From the IMG/VR virus record IMGVR_UViG_3300010316_000010, positions 1-56,027 of that record: a DNA stretch of 56,027 nt; one strand, given 5' to 3'. Positions 9,053-17,868 of this stretch are shown here, in pieces. This DNA comes from a virus. Taxonomy: Duplodnaviria; Caudoviricetes. The translations under genes were made by a program, and so were the position numbers. Every line of letters starts with the position of its first letter. Within the stretch, counting starts at the first letter, position 1. Under the pieces are notes generated by a model. The model was not told the DNA's origin, ran no database searches, and saw only the letters and a program-made list of their open reading frames with translations.

Positions 9053-11041
9053 CTATGTTGCTATCTGTGCCATCGCTGTGTTGAACTTGGCATCGTAACC
9101 ATCTTTCTCTTTGGCTGTCCCCCAAGTTTTCCCGAACTCAGCGTCGACGACGACGGGTACGCTCAGCTTGACTGACTCCACCATGCAAGCCTGAGCAATC
9201 TCAGCCTGACGCTCTGTACTAAAACTGAAATCTAACTCGTCGTGCATCTGTAGTAGGGGCAGAAGACCTTCTTTCCAACACATACGCATAGAAAGTTTCG
9301 TCTGCCGCGCGGCCGAGCCTTGGATCAACCAGTTGAGCGACTTGTGTGTGAACGCTCTGCGGAGGTTGCCGGACCAAGGGTGATCAGGGTCGGACATCCG
9401 CCGCATAGCTTCCTCGCGGTCACACGGCCCCAGAGGTTTTCCGCTGCGGGCAGCTTCCTTGTAGTCTACCCATCGCGGTTCCCAGCGCTCGAAGCGAACC
9501 CGCGCACCGTCGATGAGCCGGATGTACCCCCGCCTCCCCGCGACTGACTGCACGAACTCGGAGAGGCGCTTCACGAAAGGTGCCTCCTCATCGTACTGCT
9601 CCATCGTAGCCTTCGCCTCCTCCAACGTCATGCCCGTCATGAGTGCGAACTTCGGCACACCAGCCCCGAAGGCTTTCGCGAAGTTTACATCTTTGGCGCG
9701 GCGGCGGGGGAGACCTGTCAGTTCTGCTACGAGACTGTGAAAGTCTGTACGAGGATCGTCGTTGTAGCGAGCCACAGGCTTGTCCGCACCCTGCACTCCA
9801 CAGGCGTGTGCGAAGTGTACGATCAGGCGATACTCCTGCTGCGAGTAGTCCAGCGCACCCCAGACCTCACCGTGCTCCGGCATGAACAGGCCGCGAATAG
9901 AGTCAGCGATCTCGGGGTCGCGCGACGGCATCTGCTGTAGCGGGGGATCACTGTAGGCGAAGCGGCTGGTCTTCGTGCCGCCGCGATCGTTCTTGAACTG
10001 GTGGATCTCGGCGTGGATGCGACCGCGGTGAGCGTAGTCGATGAGATACCCCTGCACGAACTTGTCCCCAGCGTCGTGCATCTTGTGGGTCCGCGCTACG
10101 AGTTGCGGGAGCCAGTGGTCGATCTTGTTCATCCAGTCAGCCTGGAAGGACGGCGCACCTTTCTCCGTGTAAGGATACACGATATTCTCGTCTTTGAACC
10201 ACTTTTCGAGGAACTTGGGCGACTTGACGTCTTTCATTGTGACGTCGCGCCCCATGCAGAGTTTACGACTCAACTCAGCCAGAGCATCGTCGCGTTTGGT
10301 CAGCAGGTCGTCGCGGATTTCTGGTGCGCGGCGCGTGTCGAACCGAACACCCCTCCGACGCATAGCCATCACCATCGGTATCAGGTCGCGCTCCAGCCCG
10401 TAACTCTCAGTAATATTCTGCGCCTGTATCTGGGGCCAGAACTTCTCGTACAGTTTCAGTGTACTGACGGCGTCCTGCTCAGCATACGGGGCCACGAACC
10501 GAGCAGGCAGTTTCCAGAGCTCACCTTTCGGGTTGTAGCCGAAGGCTCGGGCAGCATCTTGCAACATACTCTCATCTTTGCCCTCGATCCCCTGCCACTT
10601 GCAGAGGCTGTCCAGATTGTAGGTGAGGCGCTGCTCGTCGAGTGAGTAGGCCATAGCAAGAGTATCGTGGAACTTCTCGGGTGTAGGTATATCCCACTCT
10701 GCACTGATCCAGCCGAGGTCGTACGCGGCGTTCTGGAATACGATCCACTCGTCGGCTCCCATGTGGTCCCGCAGCCACCGACCCACATTCTCGTGCGGGA
10801 AGTTGTCAGTCTCGGGGTGGGCGACCGGGACGTAGACACTCCCCCGCTTGGAGGCCATGCTGACCCCCACGATTTTCCCTGCACCGTACACCCATCCGGG
10901 ACCTCGGCTGTTTGCGAGACCATCGTCGCGCGTCTCGGTATCGATCGCTATGACGCCAGACCCGCGAAGGTCTGGCAATTCTTTCGGCACTACCCAGTCA
11001 CTCTTGGGCAGGAGGAAGTCCATGGGGAGTTGATCAGCCAT
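9053..11041 (-). CDS. polA: DNA polymerase, family A, with 3'-5' exonuclease domain
   Basis: IAIDTET exonuclease motif; motif A LDYSQQEYR, motif B RRRAKDVNFAKAFG, motif C QMHDEL; TGATG overlap sets the start at 11041. Confidence 0.95.
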   Translation of the reverse strand: MADQLPMDFLLPKSDWVVPKELPDLRGSGVIAIDTETRDDGLANSRGPGWVYGAGKIVGVSMASKRGSVYVPVAHPETDNFPHENVGRWLRDHMGADEWIVFQNAAYDLGWISAEWDIPTPEKFHDTLAMAYSLDEQRLTYNLDSLCKWQGIEGKDESMLQDAARAFGYNPKGELWKLPARFVAPYAEQDAVSTLKLYEKFWPQIQAQNITESYGLERDLIPMVMAMRRRGVRFDTRRAPEIRDDLLTKRDDALAELSRKLCMGRDVTMKDVKSPKFLEKWFKDENIVYPYTEKGAPSFQADWMNKIDHWLPQLVARTHKMHDAGDKFVQGYLIDYAHRGRIHAEIHQFKNDRGGTKTSRFAYSDPPLQQMPSRDPEIADSIRGLFMPEHGEVWGALDYSQQEYRLIVHFAHACGVQGADKPVARYNDDPRTDFHSLVAELTGLPRRRAKDVNFAKAFGAGVPKFALMTGMTLEEAKATMEQYDEEAPFVKRLSEFVQSVAGRRGYIRLIDGARVRFERWEPRWVDYKEAARSGKPLGPCDREEAMRRMSDPDHPWSGNLRRAFTHKSLNWLIQGSAARQTKLSMRMCWKEGLLPLLQMHDELDFSFSTERQAEIAQACMVESVKLSVPVVVDAEFGKTWGTAKEKDGYDAKFNTAMAQIAT

Positions 11042-11415
11042 CAGATATCTATCATCGGGACGTAGCCGCGACCAGTCGGACACTCTACCTTGGCTTGACG
11101 CGGGCCGCGAGAATAGGTTCGCATTGCTGCGGTCTCAGTATCCTCAGCGGTGAGGCGTTCGCGCACACGGTCAGCACTCAGTTTGGAGTATCCGGCCATG
11201 TCGTCCCAGTGGTCAGCGATGTCAGGGTTGCCAGTGACCACGCGCCCCATCTTGTGGGCGATCATGTGCAGTGTCTCTTTCTGATCGTCTGCCAGCATGT
11301 TCCAGTTGCGGTGACTCTGTAGAACACGCATCAGCTCCTGCGTACAGTTCGCGTGTTCGGTGTAGTCTCCGTGGGTCTTGGCCCGCTCTTGTAGGATTTT
11401 GTCGATGTCGGTCAT
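11041..11415 (-). CDS. DUF6378-like all-alpha protein (nucleotide-modification associated)
   Basis: ILQERAKTHGDY...KMGRVVTGNP...DHWDDMAGY. Confidence 0.7.
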   Translation of the reverse strand: MTDIDKILQERAKTHGDYTEHANCTQELMRVLQSHRNWNMLADDQKETLHMIAHKMGRVVTGNPDIADHWDDMAGYSKLSADRVRERLTAEDTETAAMRTYSRGPRQAKVECPTGRGYVPMIDI

Positions 11416-11918
11416 CTTATGGTTCCTTTTTCTACGAACTTGGCGACTGCAAGGTTTTCATGCGGTGTCTCACACATCTGGAGCGCGGCCTCGAGTGTGC
11501 GATCGATGATCGGTTGAGCCAAGGTGTTCCCCTTGGCCCGCTCTTCTACGCCGTACTCCCACATCTCGAGCAGATCGCATATCTTGAGATAGCGGTGCTC
11601 GTCGACGGTGGTGCTGTCCTCGGGGTCGACACCATCCAGGAGTTTGCTGCGGTGAATTGCTTCCACGCGATCATACGCAGCCTTCATGTCAGAGTTCTCG
11701 CGCTTGACTGGAAACGGTGCATCACCTGTCTTCACCTCGCCGACGTCGTGGTAGATTACAGCACGAATTGCGTTCAGACTAGGTAGCCCGAATATCTGGT
11801 CGTAGATGCGCAGAACGTGCCACGTGTGCTCGGCGACTGTCTGCTCACGAATGACGGGCCACGTGTGATAACGCTTGACGAGTCCCGCGTACCGGAGGCT
11901 ATCTGTTGGGATATTCAT
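11412..11918 (-). CDS. HD-domain deoxynucleotide phosphohydrolase (YfbR-like)
   Basis: KRYHT...QTVAEH...YHDVGEVKTGD.P.PVK...KICDLLE. Confidence 0.85.
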   Translation of the reverse strand: MNIPTDSLRYAGLVKRYHTWPVIREQTVAEHTWHVLRIYDQIFGLPSLNAIRAVIYHDVGEVKTGDAPFPVKRENSDMKAAYDRVEAIHRSKLLDGVDPEDSTTVDEHRYLKICDLLEMWEYGVEERAKGNTLAQPIIDRTLEAALQMCETPHENLAVAKFVEKGTIR

Positions 11919-12109
11919 ACGATTTCTTTCTCCACTGCGAGCCACTCTGGAATCCAGAGTGTGTAGATACCGTCGTGACCACTCTCCTCAAGCTGGCACT
12001 GGCTCTTCGGAACCCAGACAGCCTCTTCAGGTATGCTGTCTGTCACGAGCCACTCCGAACTTGTCTCGTGCAGAAGTTGCACACTGACGTCGATAACCTC
12101 ATCCATCAC
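11915..12109 (-). CDS. hypothetical protein
   Basis: VWVPKSQ...IPEWLAVEK small beta-protein motif; coupled to neighbours. Confidence 0.6.
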   Translation of the reverse strand: MMDEVIDVSVQLLHETSSEWLVTDSIPEEAVWVPKSQCQLEESGHDGIYTLWIPEWLAVEKEIV

Positions 12110-13065
12110 TCAGCTCCGATATACTGTAGAACAGCTTTGCGCCAGTCAGCAGCACGAATCAACTTCGCCCAGCGAGCAGCCTCGTCCCCCCGCTTCTGCC
12201 TGTGGTAGCGATGAGCTTCCCACATCGGCAGCGCGACTTCCAGGAAGAAGCTGTTGGAGTACGACGCACCCATCGGGTCTACGAAGAACTTGCTCAGGTC
12301 TAAGTCCCACGTCTGCCAGTTCTGCACGATCGGGTACGTGCCGGGATAGTCCTCCAAGTTGTCCGACTGGAACTTGGACTCCACAGCTTCGTAGAGGTGC
12401 CAGTTGTTGCTGATCTGGTAGTATCGGCCGACAGGTACGCCGATCCGCGCAGCCATGTACTCCTGTAGAAAGCTAAAGTGAACAGCATTCGCACCGTAGC
12501 AGCCCCAGACCACGTCGTTAGACCTGCACATCACAGTGATGTCGAGACGACCATCTACGATGCGGGGATAGAGCTGCGTGTTGCATGGAACATCTTTAGC
12601 GGGGGAGCCTGACTTCGTGTGCTTCGAGCTCTCGAGATCACAGGTTGCGTCCCACATCTGGATAACGACACGGCGATCTTTGTTGTCTCGGGCAAGGCGG
12701 GAACATACTTCTGCAATCTGGTCGTAACCGAAGTGGTTGCGCCACCGATAACCATACGCGCCGAACATCTTACCGTTTTCTTCTGCGTAGCGGCTAGAGA
12801 AATCACCCACGAACTGGTCGAGCCACTTAGCATCATCAGTACCGCGCATCATCCACAGGCACTCGAAGAAGTGGAAGAACGGGTTGGCTCGGCGAGCGGT
12901 GTTGAACAGCACCCGCTCCGTAGGTCGGTTGTATATCGTCGTGACTGGTGCGGTTGACACGATGACAGGTCCGTTGCGGCTGTCCTCCCGAACACCGTAG
13001 TCCTGCATCCTGTAGACTGCTTTCTCGTAGGCGTCGTTGACGTTGTTTGCATCAATCACTAGCAC
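12106..13065 (-). CDS. dUMP hydroxymethylase (thymidylate synthase family)
   Basis: SRNG, ANPFFHFFECLWM, catalytic PCN, RSNDVVWGCYGAN (Asn at the dUMP-specificity position), HLY; YuA/M6-like type. Confidence 0.85.
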   Translation of the reverse strand: MLVIDANNVNDAYEKAVYRMQDYGVREDSRNGPVIVSTAPVTTIYNRPTERVLFNTARRANPFFHFFECLWMMRGTDDAKWLDQFVGDFSSRYAEENGKMFGAYGYRWRNHFGYDQIAEVCSRLARDNKDRRVVIQMWDATCDLESSKHTKSGSPAKDVPCNTQLYPRIVDGRLDITVMCRSNDVVWGCYGANAVHFSFLQEYMAARIGVPVGRYYQISNNWHLYEAVESKFQSDNLEDYPGTYPIVQNWQTWDLDLSKFFVDPMGASYSNSFFLEVALPMWEAHRYHRQKRGDEAARWAKLIRAADWRKAVLQYIGAE

Positions 13066-13379
13066 AGTGTTCTTCTCCTGTTTTCTGACCCGTGCGGGTC
13101 GTTCTTCTTGGTTGAGTAGGCGTACATCAGCTCAGCTATCTTCTCTGCTTTCTTCATCACAGCCTCTATCTCCTGCAAGTCGATCCCGGTGCTTTCACGA
13201 AGATGGATCTTCTGTACAGCGATCAGGATAGCTGTGTTGTAGACACACAGATCATGCGTCTGGCTGACGCCGTTCAGCATGTCGATCGCCCACGTGCAGG
13301 CTGAGTAGACGCGTGTCTTCAGTTGTGGGACTTCACAGTCGCACAGCGGATGCACCGAGTTTGGTGAGTCATCAGCCAT
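13059..13379 (-). CDS. hypothetical protein within modification operon
   Basis: Overlaps both neighbours; GGAG RBS. Confidence 0.5.
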   Translation of the reverse strand: MADDSPNSVHPLCDCEVPQLKTRVYSACTWAIDMLNGVSQTHDLCVYNTAILIAVQKIHLRESTGIDLQEIEAVMKKAEKIAELMYAYSTKKNDPHGSENRRRTLC

Positions 13380-14190
13380 TCTCCAGAGCTTTCTTCCAGT
13401 AGACAGTCACCTCAGTGCGCTCGCCAGCCATGCGCCCCGTCTTGTTGACTTTGATGCGCGTATTGACGTAGGCGGGGTGAAGTGCTACCAGAGCTTCGGC
13501 CGTCACCTTGAGTTGGTCCTGATCGCGCACACCCTCGAGGCCTCCTGGACTGTCGGCTGAGCGTTGGTCCTGCGCCCAGTGGTAGGTGACGATATTCTTG
13601 TGCCCCATACGCAGAAGTTGGAGGGTCACGTCCAAGTCCTCCCGCCCCTCGACCTCGGTCCGATACCGCACAGCGCCCGACTTGAAGTGGTCGAGCCTGA
13701 ACCCGACGCAGCGGATGCAGCGCGTCGCCTCCGCTACAGCGTGAAGACCTTTCCTGTGGTTGTTACCGTCACGCGTACTGACGCCGACGTGGTGAGTTTC
13801 GTCGAGGGTCCTCCACATCCAGTCGAACATCGCGCGGTCGTCGTTCGGCAGGGAAGGTTTCAGACGGTAGTCCCAGCCGTTCTCGTCAGGTTGAAAACCA
13901 CCGCGCGAAGCAAACTTCAAGTCATCGTCGACCATGATGATTTTGTCGTAGCCCCTGCTCACGGCATTGTTCACAATCCACTGGCGCGTCGTGGCGATAC
14001 CGCTGACAGCGCCATCTGGAATGATCCACAGGTTGTCTCTGCTGCGACCGAGCTTCGTGATCAAGGCTTGGTAGAGCGGCGCTTCATCTTGCCGAACGAC
14101 CAGTGTCAGCGGTAGATCGCGCGGAAGATTGGTGAGTGAAGTCGCCTCACCGTTAGAGTGTCTGCGGTACGTCGGGACGACTATAAGCAT
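13372..14190 (-). CDS. GT-A fold DNA glycosyltransferase (TAGT/GREB1/JGT-like)
   Basis: IVVPTYRR, IATTRQWI, MVDDD (DxD), REDLDVTLQLLRMG, PGG motifs. Confidence 0.8.
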   Translation of the reverse strand: MLIVVPTYRRHSNGEATSLTNLPRDLPLTLVVRQDEAPLYQALITKLGRSRDNLWIIPDGAVSGIATTRQWIVNNAVSRGYDKIIMVDDDLKFASRGGFQPDENGWDYRLKPSLPNDDRAMFDWMWRTLDETHHVGVSTRDGNNHRKGLHAVAEATRCIRCVGFRLDHFKSGAVRYRTEVEGREDLDVTLQLLRMGHKNIVTYHWAQDQRSADSPGGLEGVRDQDQLKVTAEALVALHPAYVNTRIKVNKTGRMAGERTEVTVYWKKALENG

Positions 14191-15089
14191 TTCTTGATAC
14201 CCTCCTCAAGGTGTGTATAATTCGGAAGAACACCAATAATCTTGGTGAGCTTTTCCAGTTCGGGCTTGCGCCAGACGGGGTCATGCGGGCGAGCGGGGGT
14301 GTGTCTGATATCTACACCTCCTGCAAGTTTGGATACCAAGTTCGCCGCCTGACTGATTGTGACCTGTTCGTCGCAGCCGCAGTTTACCACTGTGAAACCC
14401 TCGGGCGCAAACTCGCGCAGCCGCCAGAAGATCTCAATCAGGTCGTCCACGTAGCAGAACGATCTGTTCTGAAGCCCGCTGCCGTGAACAGTCAGAGCCT
14501 CCCCCGCCTTCGCCTGCTTCACGAACGTGTTGATCACACGTCCGTCGTCCGGCATGTCGGGTCCGTAGGTGTTGAAGATGCGGAGCGCCACGACCCGCGC
14601 CTCCGGCTTGTCCTGCGCTATCTGCCACCCCAAGCCCTCGCTGAGGCGCTTGCACTCGTCGTAGACGCTGCGGACCGTGTCTGTGCGGACGCAGCCCGCG
14701 TTGCCCTCCTCCATCGGAGCGAGTGTCTTGCCGTAGGCCTCGCTGGATGTGGCGATGTAGAGTGTACCGTCCTCGTGCAGAAGATCTTTGAAGTACCTGA
14801 ACGGTGTGATGTTCGCCTGCAAGATGCGCTCCCAGTCGCGGAAGTCGTCGGGGCTGGCGGGGGAGGCAAAGCTCCAGATCTCGTCGTACTTGTTCATGAC
14901 CAGAAACTTGATCTTGCTCGCGTCGGACCCGAAGACGTCGACCCGCGGATCGTTCATGAACGGTTTCCTGGAACCTGTACTCATGTCGTCGACGATGTCG
15001 ATCTGTAGTTCAGGTCCACCCTCCGCCAAGTGGCGGCGAGCGATGGCTGAGCCCAAGAACCCAGCACCTCCGATAATCAGTACTCTCAC
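14181..15089 (-). CDS. NAD-dependent SDR, UDP-glucuronate decarboxylase (UDP-xylose synthase)-like
   Basis: GGAGFLG, ASPASP, TSSEAYG, RSVYDECKR, RIFNTYGP..DDGRV, RSFCYVDDL, DP..RKP; GTG start overlaps upstream TGA. Confidence 0.8.
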   Translation of the reverse strand: MRVLIIGGAGFLGSAIARRHLAEGGPELQIDIVDDMSTGSRKPFMNDPRVDVFGSDASKIKFLVMNKYDEIWSFASPASPDDFRDWERILQANITPFRYFKDLLHEDGTLYIATSSEAYGKTLAPMEEGNAGCVRTDTVRSVYDECKRLSEGLGWQIAQDKPEARVVALRIFNTYGPDMPDDGRVINTFVKQAKAGEALTVHGSGLQNRSFCYVDDLIEIFWRLREFAPEGFTVVNCGCDEQVTISQAANLVSKLAGGVDIRHTPARPHDPVWRKPELEKLTKIIGVLPNYTHLEEGIKKCL

Positions 15090-15511
15090 GTCGTTTCCTC
15101 TACAGTGGGCCAGAAGTATTCTAGCTTCGGTTCTTCGGTCCAGTCGAACTGACTGTACCACTCGGGGTCTTTGTGGAGCAGAGCGGCGCGGTGCGAAGAG
15201 TGCAGGCGCTCGTCGCCGAGCCACGGCGGCATCTCGATGTCCAAGAAGTACGGCTTGGAGTGATCAAGCATCAGTGGCATGTTGTTCTCGTAGCCGCGAC
15301 GAATCCACTCTTTGATGCAGCAGTCGGTGTACATCATCAGGGCTGTCACGTGCTGCGACCACATCTTCGTGCATGGGTGATTAGACCACCCTGAGCCTTC
15401 CTGAATAGCGGTCTGCATCTGTCTACCCTCCACGCGCTGTTTGCCGAGGCGGGCGCGGTCGAGAACCTGCGCTGACGCCACGAAGTTAGGATATGGTAAG
15501 AAACTCTGCAT
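15086..15511 (-). CDS. pyrimidine dimer DNA glycosylase / MSMEG_6728-like protein
   Basis: MQSFLPY...LDRARLGKQRVE...GWSNHP..KMW...EWIRRGY...HSSHRAALLHKDPEWY. Confidence 0.8.
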   Translation of the reverse strand: MQSFLPYPNFVASAQVLDRARLGKQRVEGRQMQTAIQEGSGWSNHPCTKMWSQHVTALMMYTDCCIKEWIRRGYENNMPLMLDHSKPYFLDIEMPPWLGDERLHSSHRAALLHKDPEWYSQFDWTEEPKLEYFWPTVEETT

Positions 15512-15649
15512 CTCAACCCCTAAGTTGTTTGTGAGAACATTTTATACTACGAACAGCATGTGGACCAGTTAGTTCGGTCTCGCCTTGGGGCGGGGATAGC
15601 GTTGCCGCAGGACATGTCGTCAGGAAACGGAACGACCCCGCTGATACCG

Positions 15650-15979
15650 TCATCGAGCGTGATGATCAGGATAATCCACGTCACTCCCCGTGTCCCTCCA
15701 GTTGTGCGAGGGTGGTTCGGGCAATGGCATCCAATGCGTTGGGCATTCTGCTATATCTTCTCGCAGTATACCGCCTTGAGCTTCGGCGTCCCATTCACCG
15801 TTGTTTAGACTGGCTACGCAAGGATATAGAACATCACCGCCGCATATAAGAACGGCCTCGTCTGTCGGTGCTGTTTCAATCGGTCGCCACTCCACCGCCT
15901 TCGCCAGCTTGGCTTCCAGTTCCTCGATGCGCTTTGTCGTGCCGACAGGGTGCGTTTCAAAGTCTCCCCACTTAGCCAT
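15650..15979 (-). CDS. DUF551-like protein
   Basis: WRPIETAP...PTHWMPLPEPP. Confidence 0.75.
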   Translation of the reverse strand: MAKWGDFETHPVGTTKRIEELEAKLAKAVEWRPIETAPTDEAVLICGGDVLYPCVASLNNGEWDAEAQGGILREDIAECPTHWMPLPEPPSHNWRDTGSDVDYPDHHAR

Positions 15980-16000
15980 CAGTCATCATCCCCGTCGTCA

Positions 16001-16222
16001 TCATACCCCGTACCTCTTCGCTGCTGTGAGAGCTTCTTTCCACGCACTCAGTTCATCGACTTTGTCGCTGACTTCACGCAGTTCTTGCTCGATCTGTTCA
16101 GGGGTCATGCCCTTCAGATCGTTGTAGAATTCTTTGATAGCGCCGCGAGCCATCTGCTCATGAATGCGGTCCAAGTCTTCTTTACCCAGCATGTTGTCCT
16201 CCGTTGTGGTAAAGTTCTTCAA
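16001..16222 (-). CDS. hypothetical coiled-coil protein (start may be 16192)
   Basis: GGAGG RBS before MLGKE. Confidence 0.55.
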   Translation of the reverse strand: MKNFTTTEDNMLGKEDLDRIHEQMARGAIKEFYNDLKGMTPEQIEQELREVSDKVDELSAWKEALTAAKRYGV

Positions 16223-16637
16223 GTCTGAGGCCGACTGCCAGCCTCATGCGTGGATCATTGTAGTCGTGGGTCAGGCCAGACGGGTGTGGAATGTAGCACC
16301 ACCTCACCCCGTGCGAGACGCTGTAAGCCAGCGTGGCTCTCGCTTGCAGCCACAGCACCCGTTGCACCTGCCGCCCACACACGATGACTGTGCGACCCAC
16401 CCAGCCACTCCACAACCCCTCAACCTTGGTACGCGCACCAATAGGGTCCCAGTCACGGCTGTCGAGCAGGTTCACCCTCTCAAATCCGGTCATGTAGGCG
16501 TTCCTGGGAAGACCTGTGACTTCCTGGAACATCTTCCATAGTCTCCACCCAGATGAGTTGACTGGGTGGGCCATGAGTGCTGCCCGAGGATCCTCGGACA
16601 GCGGGTTGTTCATACCAATGATAATCGCCCTGCTCAC
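16182..16637 (-). CDS. uracil-DNA glycosylase-superfamily-like protein
   Basis: IIIGMNNP (GxN-type motif A), FERVNL, IVCG, IPHPSG (HPS motif B). Confidence 0.5.
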   Translation of the reverse strand: MSRAIIIGMNNPLSEDPRAALMAHPVNSSGWRLWKMFQEVTGLPRNAYMTGFERVNLLDSRDWDPIGARTKVEGLWSGWVGRTVIVCGRQVQRVLWLQARATLAYSVSHGVRWCYIPHPSGLTHDYNDPRMRLAVGLRLEELYHNGGQHAG

Positions 16638-17797
16638 ACTGCTTCCTCGTGTGCGTCAGTAACCGTACCGATCAAACGACTCAGTAGGTAGGTCTGCATC
16701 GCGCGGGTGTTGTCCTGGAGCTTGTGGCGCTTGTGAAGCCACTCCTCGAACAGCACCATCGCCAAGTAGTGCGGACCATTCGAGACAGCTTCGCGGCACA
16801 CGAAGATCTGGTCGCGGCCACGGTGGTAGATACCCATGACGCTCGGCCCCAGTGTCTCGGTAAGTTGGACCTCGTACAGGTTCAGGTCGCACTCGAGGTA
16901 CTCGAGAATACTGAACGCCTCGCGCAGTTTGTCAGCCTCCCCCGCCGTCGGGTCGACTTCTGGAAAGCTGCCGTCGCGCTGGTCAGCCGCCTCGACCATC
17001 TGGCGCTTGGCGCTGGACAAGTTCGCGTCGTCGCGATAGCGGCGGGCTACGTCCATGAAAGTGTCTGTCGGTGCGCCGCACAGCGAGAAGTTCAGGTTCT
17101 GATCCCAAGTCTTCGAGCCAGCAATCAGACTCATAGCGACGTCGCGGTTGGTGGTGCGGGGGAGGGTGGTCTCCAGCAGGTACTCCAGCGACCACATGGA
17201 GGCCAAGGTGCGGTCCTCGGTGAGGCTCATCTCAGACAGGACGTTGTAGGTGAACATGGTCTCCTCAGGCAGGGTGCCGACGCGCACACCGCGATAGTAG
17301 ACGTATCGGCTCTTGGTGGCGTAGACCTCAATCTTGCCGTCGATCACCTCGATCGGCGTACCGTCGATGAAAATGTCGCGACGGTTCTTGTAGCACCGCT
17401 GGAACTCCTCACCAGTTACGGCGAATACGGTGTCGGCTTGGGGGCGCTTGTCGCTGATAACACCGCTCTCGTCGAGCGTGTTGCTGTGGAGCTCGCGGTA
17501 CGCCTGCCAGACCTCCCAGTTGCGGCCGAGTTGCGTCGTGAACGGCAGCGCCTCGTCGTTCATGTAGACGCGGCGCACCTCCTGATCGCGAATGGCCTCG
17601 CTCTTGACGTGGAAGACGTACTGCTCACCGCCAGCGTAGAGCGTCAGCTCGTGTCCGGTGCGCAGGATGGTTGCGATTGCGAACTTCAGACCTGTCCCGA
17701 AGTACCCGATAGGGCTGTCAGTGGTCTTGACACTGACACCCATGACTCGGATGACGTCGAGGTCGATCACACCCGCGTTGGAGAAATAGACAGTCAT
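16634..17797 (-). CDS. GHKL-like ATPase with C-terminal zincin-like segment
   Basis: IGYFGTGLK G-box and AYRELHSNTLDE N-box; C-terminal MGIY...VLFEEWLH. Confidence 0.65.
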   Translation of the reverse strand: MTVYFSNAGVIDLDVIRVMGVSVKTTDSPIGYFGTGLKFAIATILRTGHELTLYAGGEQYVFHVKSEAIRDQEVRRVYMNDEALPFTTQLGRNWEVWQAYRELHSNTLDESGVISDKRPQADTVFAVTGEEFQRCYKNRRDIFIDGTPIEVIDGKIEVYATKSRYVYYRGVRVGTLPEETMFTYNVLSEMSLTEDRTLASMWSLEYLLETTLPRTTNRDVAMSLIAGSKTWDQNLNFSLCGAPTDTFMDVARRYRDDANLSSAKRQMVEAADQRDGSFPEVDPTAGEADKLREAFSILEYLECDLNLYEVQLTETLGPSVMGIYHRGRDQIFVCREAVSNGPHYLAMVLFEEWLHKRHKLQDNTRAMQTYLLSRLIGTVTDAHEEAV

Positions 17798-17812
17798 GAT
17801 GTGCTCCCTTGT

Positions 17813-17841
17813 TGCTATACTTGCACGAGACAAGTATAGCA
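17813..17841. promoter_or_regulatory. perfect 11-bp inverted repeat with 7-bp spacer (operator/promoter)
   Basis: tgctatacttg-cacgaga-caagtatagca; core CTTG-N7-CAAG; TATACT -10 box on minus strand. Confidence 0.7.
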
Positions 17842-17868
17842 TTTGACCAGCATCATTGACTAGCCTCT

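Noticed and set aside
11412-11918. Z-genome (2-aminoadenine) pathway suggested by a DatZ-like HD protein
   Set aside because: No PurZ/adenylosuccinate synthetase homolog was seen, and the context points to thymidine replacement.
12106-13065. Canonical ThyA or dCMP hydroxymethylase
   Set aside because: RSND..WG..GAN has Asn at the specificity position (dUMP rather than dCMP). The divergent sequence plus the 5-hmdU kinase gene favour a dUMP hydroxymethylase.
13372-15089. Host surface (LPS/O-antigen) conversion cassette
   Set aside because: There is no integrase or membrane Gtr-type gene, the GT resembles DNA-acting TAGT/JGT enzymes, and both genes sit in the hydroxymethylase-polymerase operon. 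Not formally excluded.
15555-15650. Possible tRNA or ncRNA in intergenic gap
   Set aside because: No cloverleaf or T-loop consensus. It reads as a short minus-strand ORF remnant plus a promoter.
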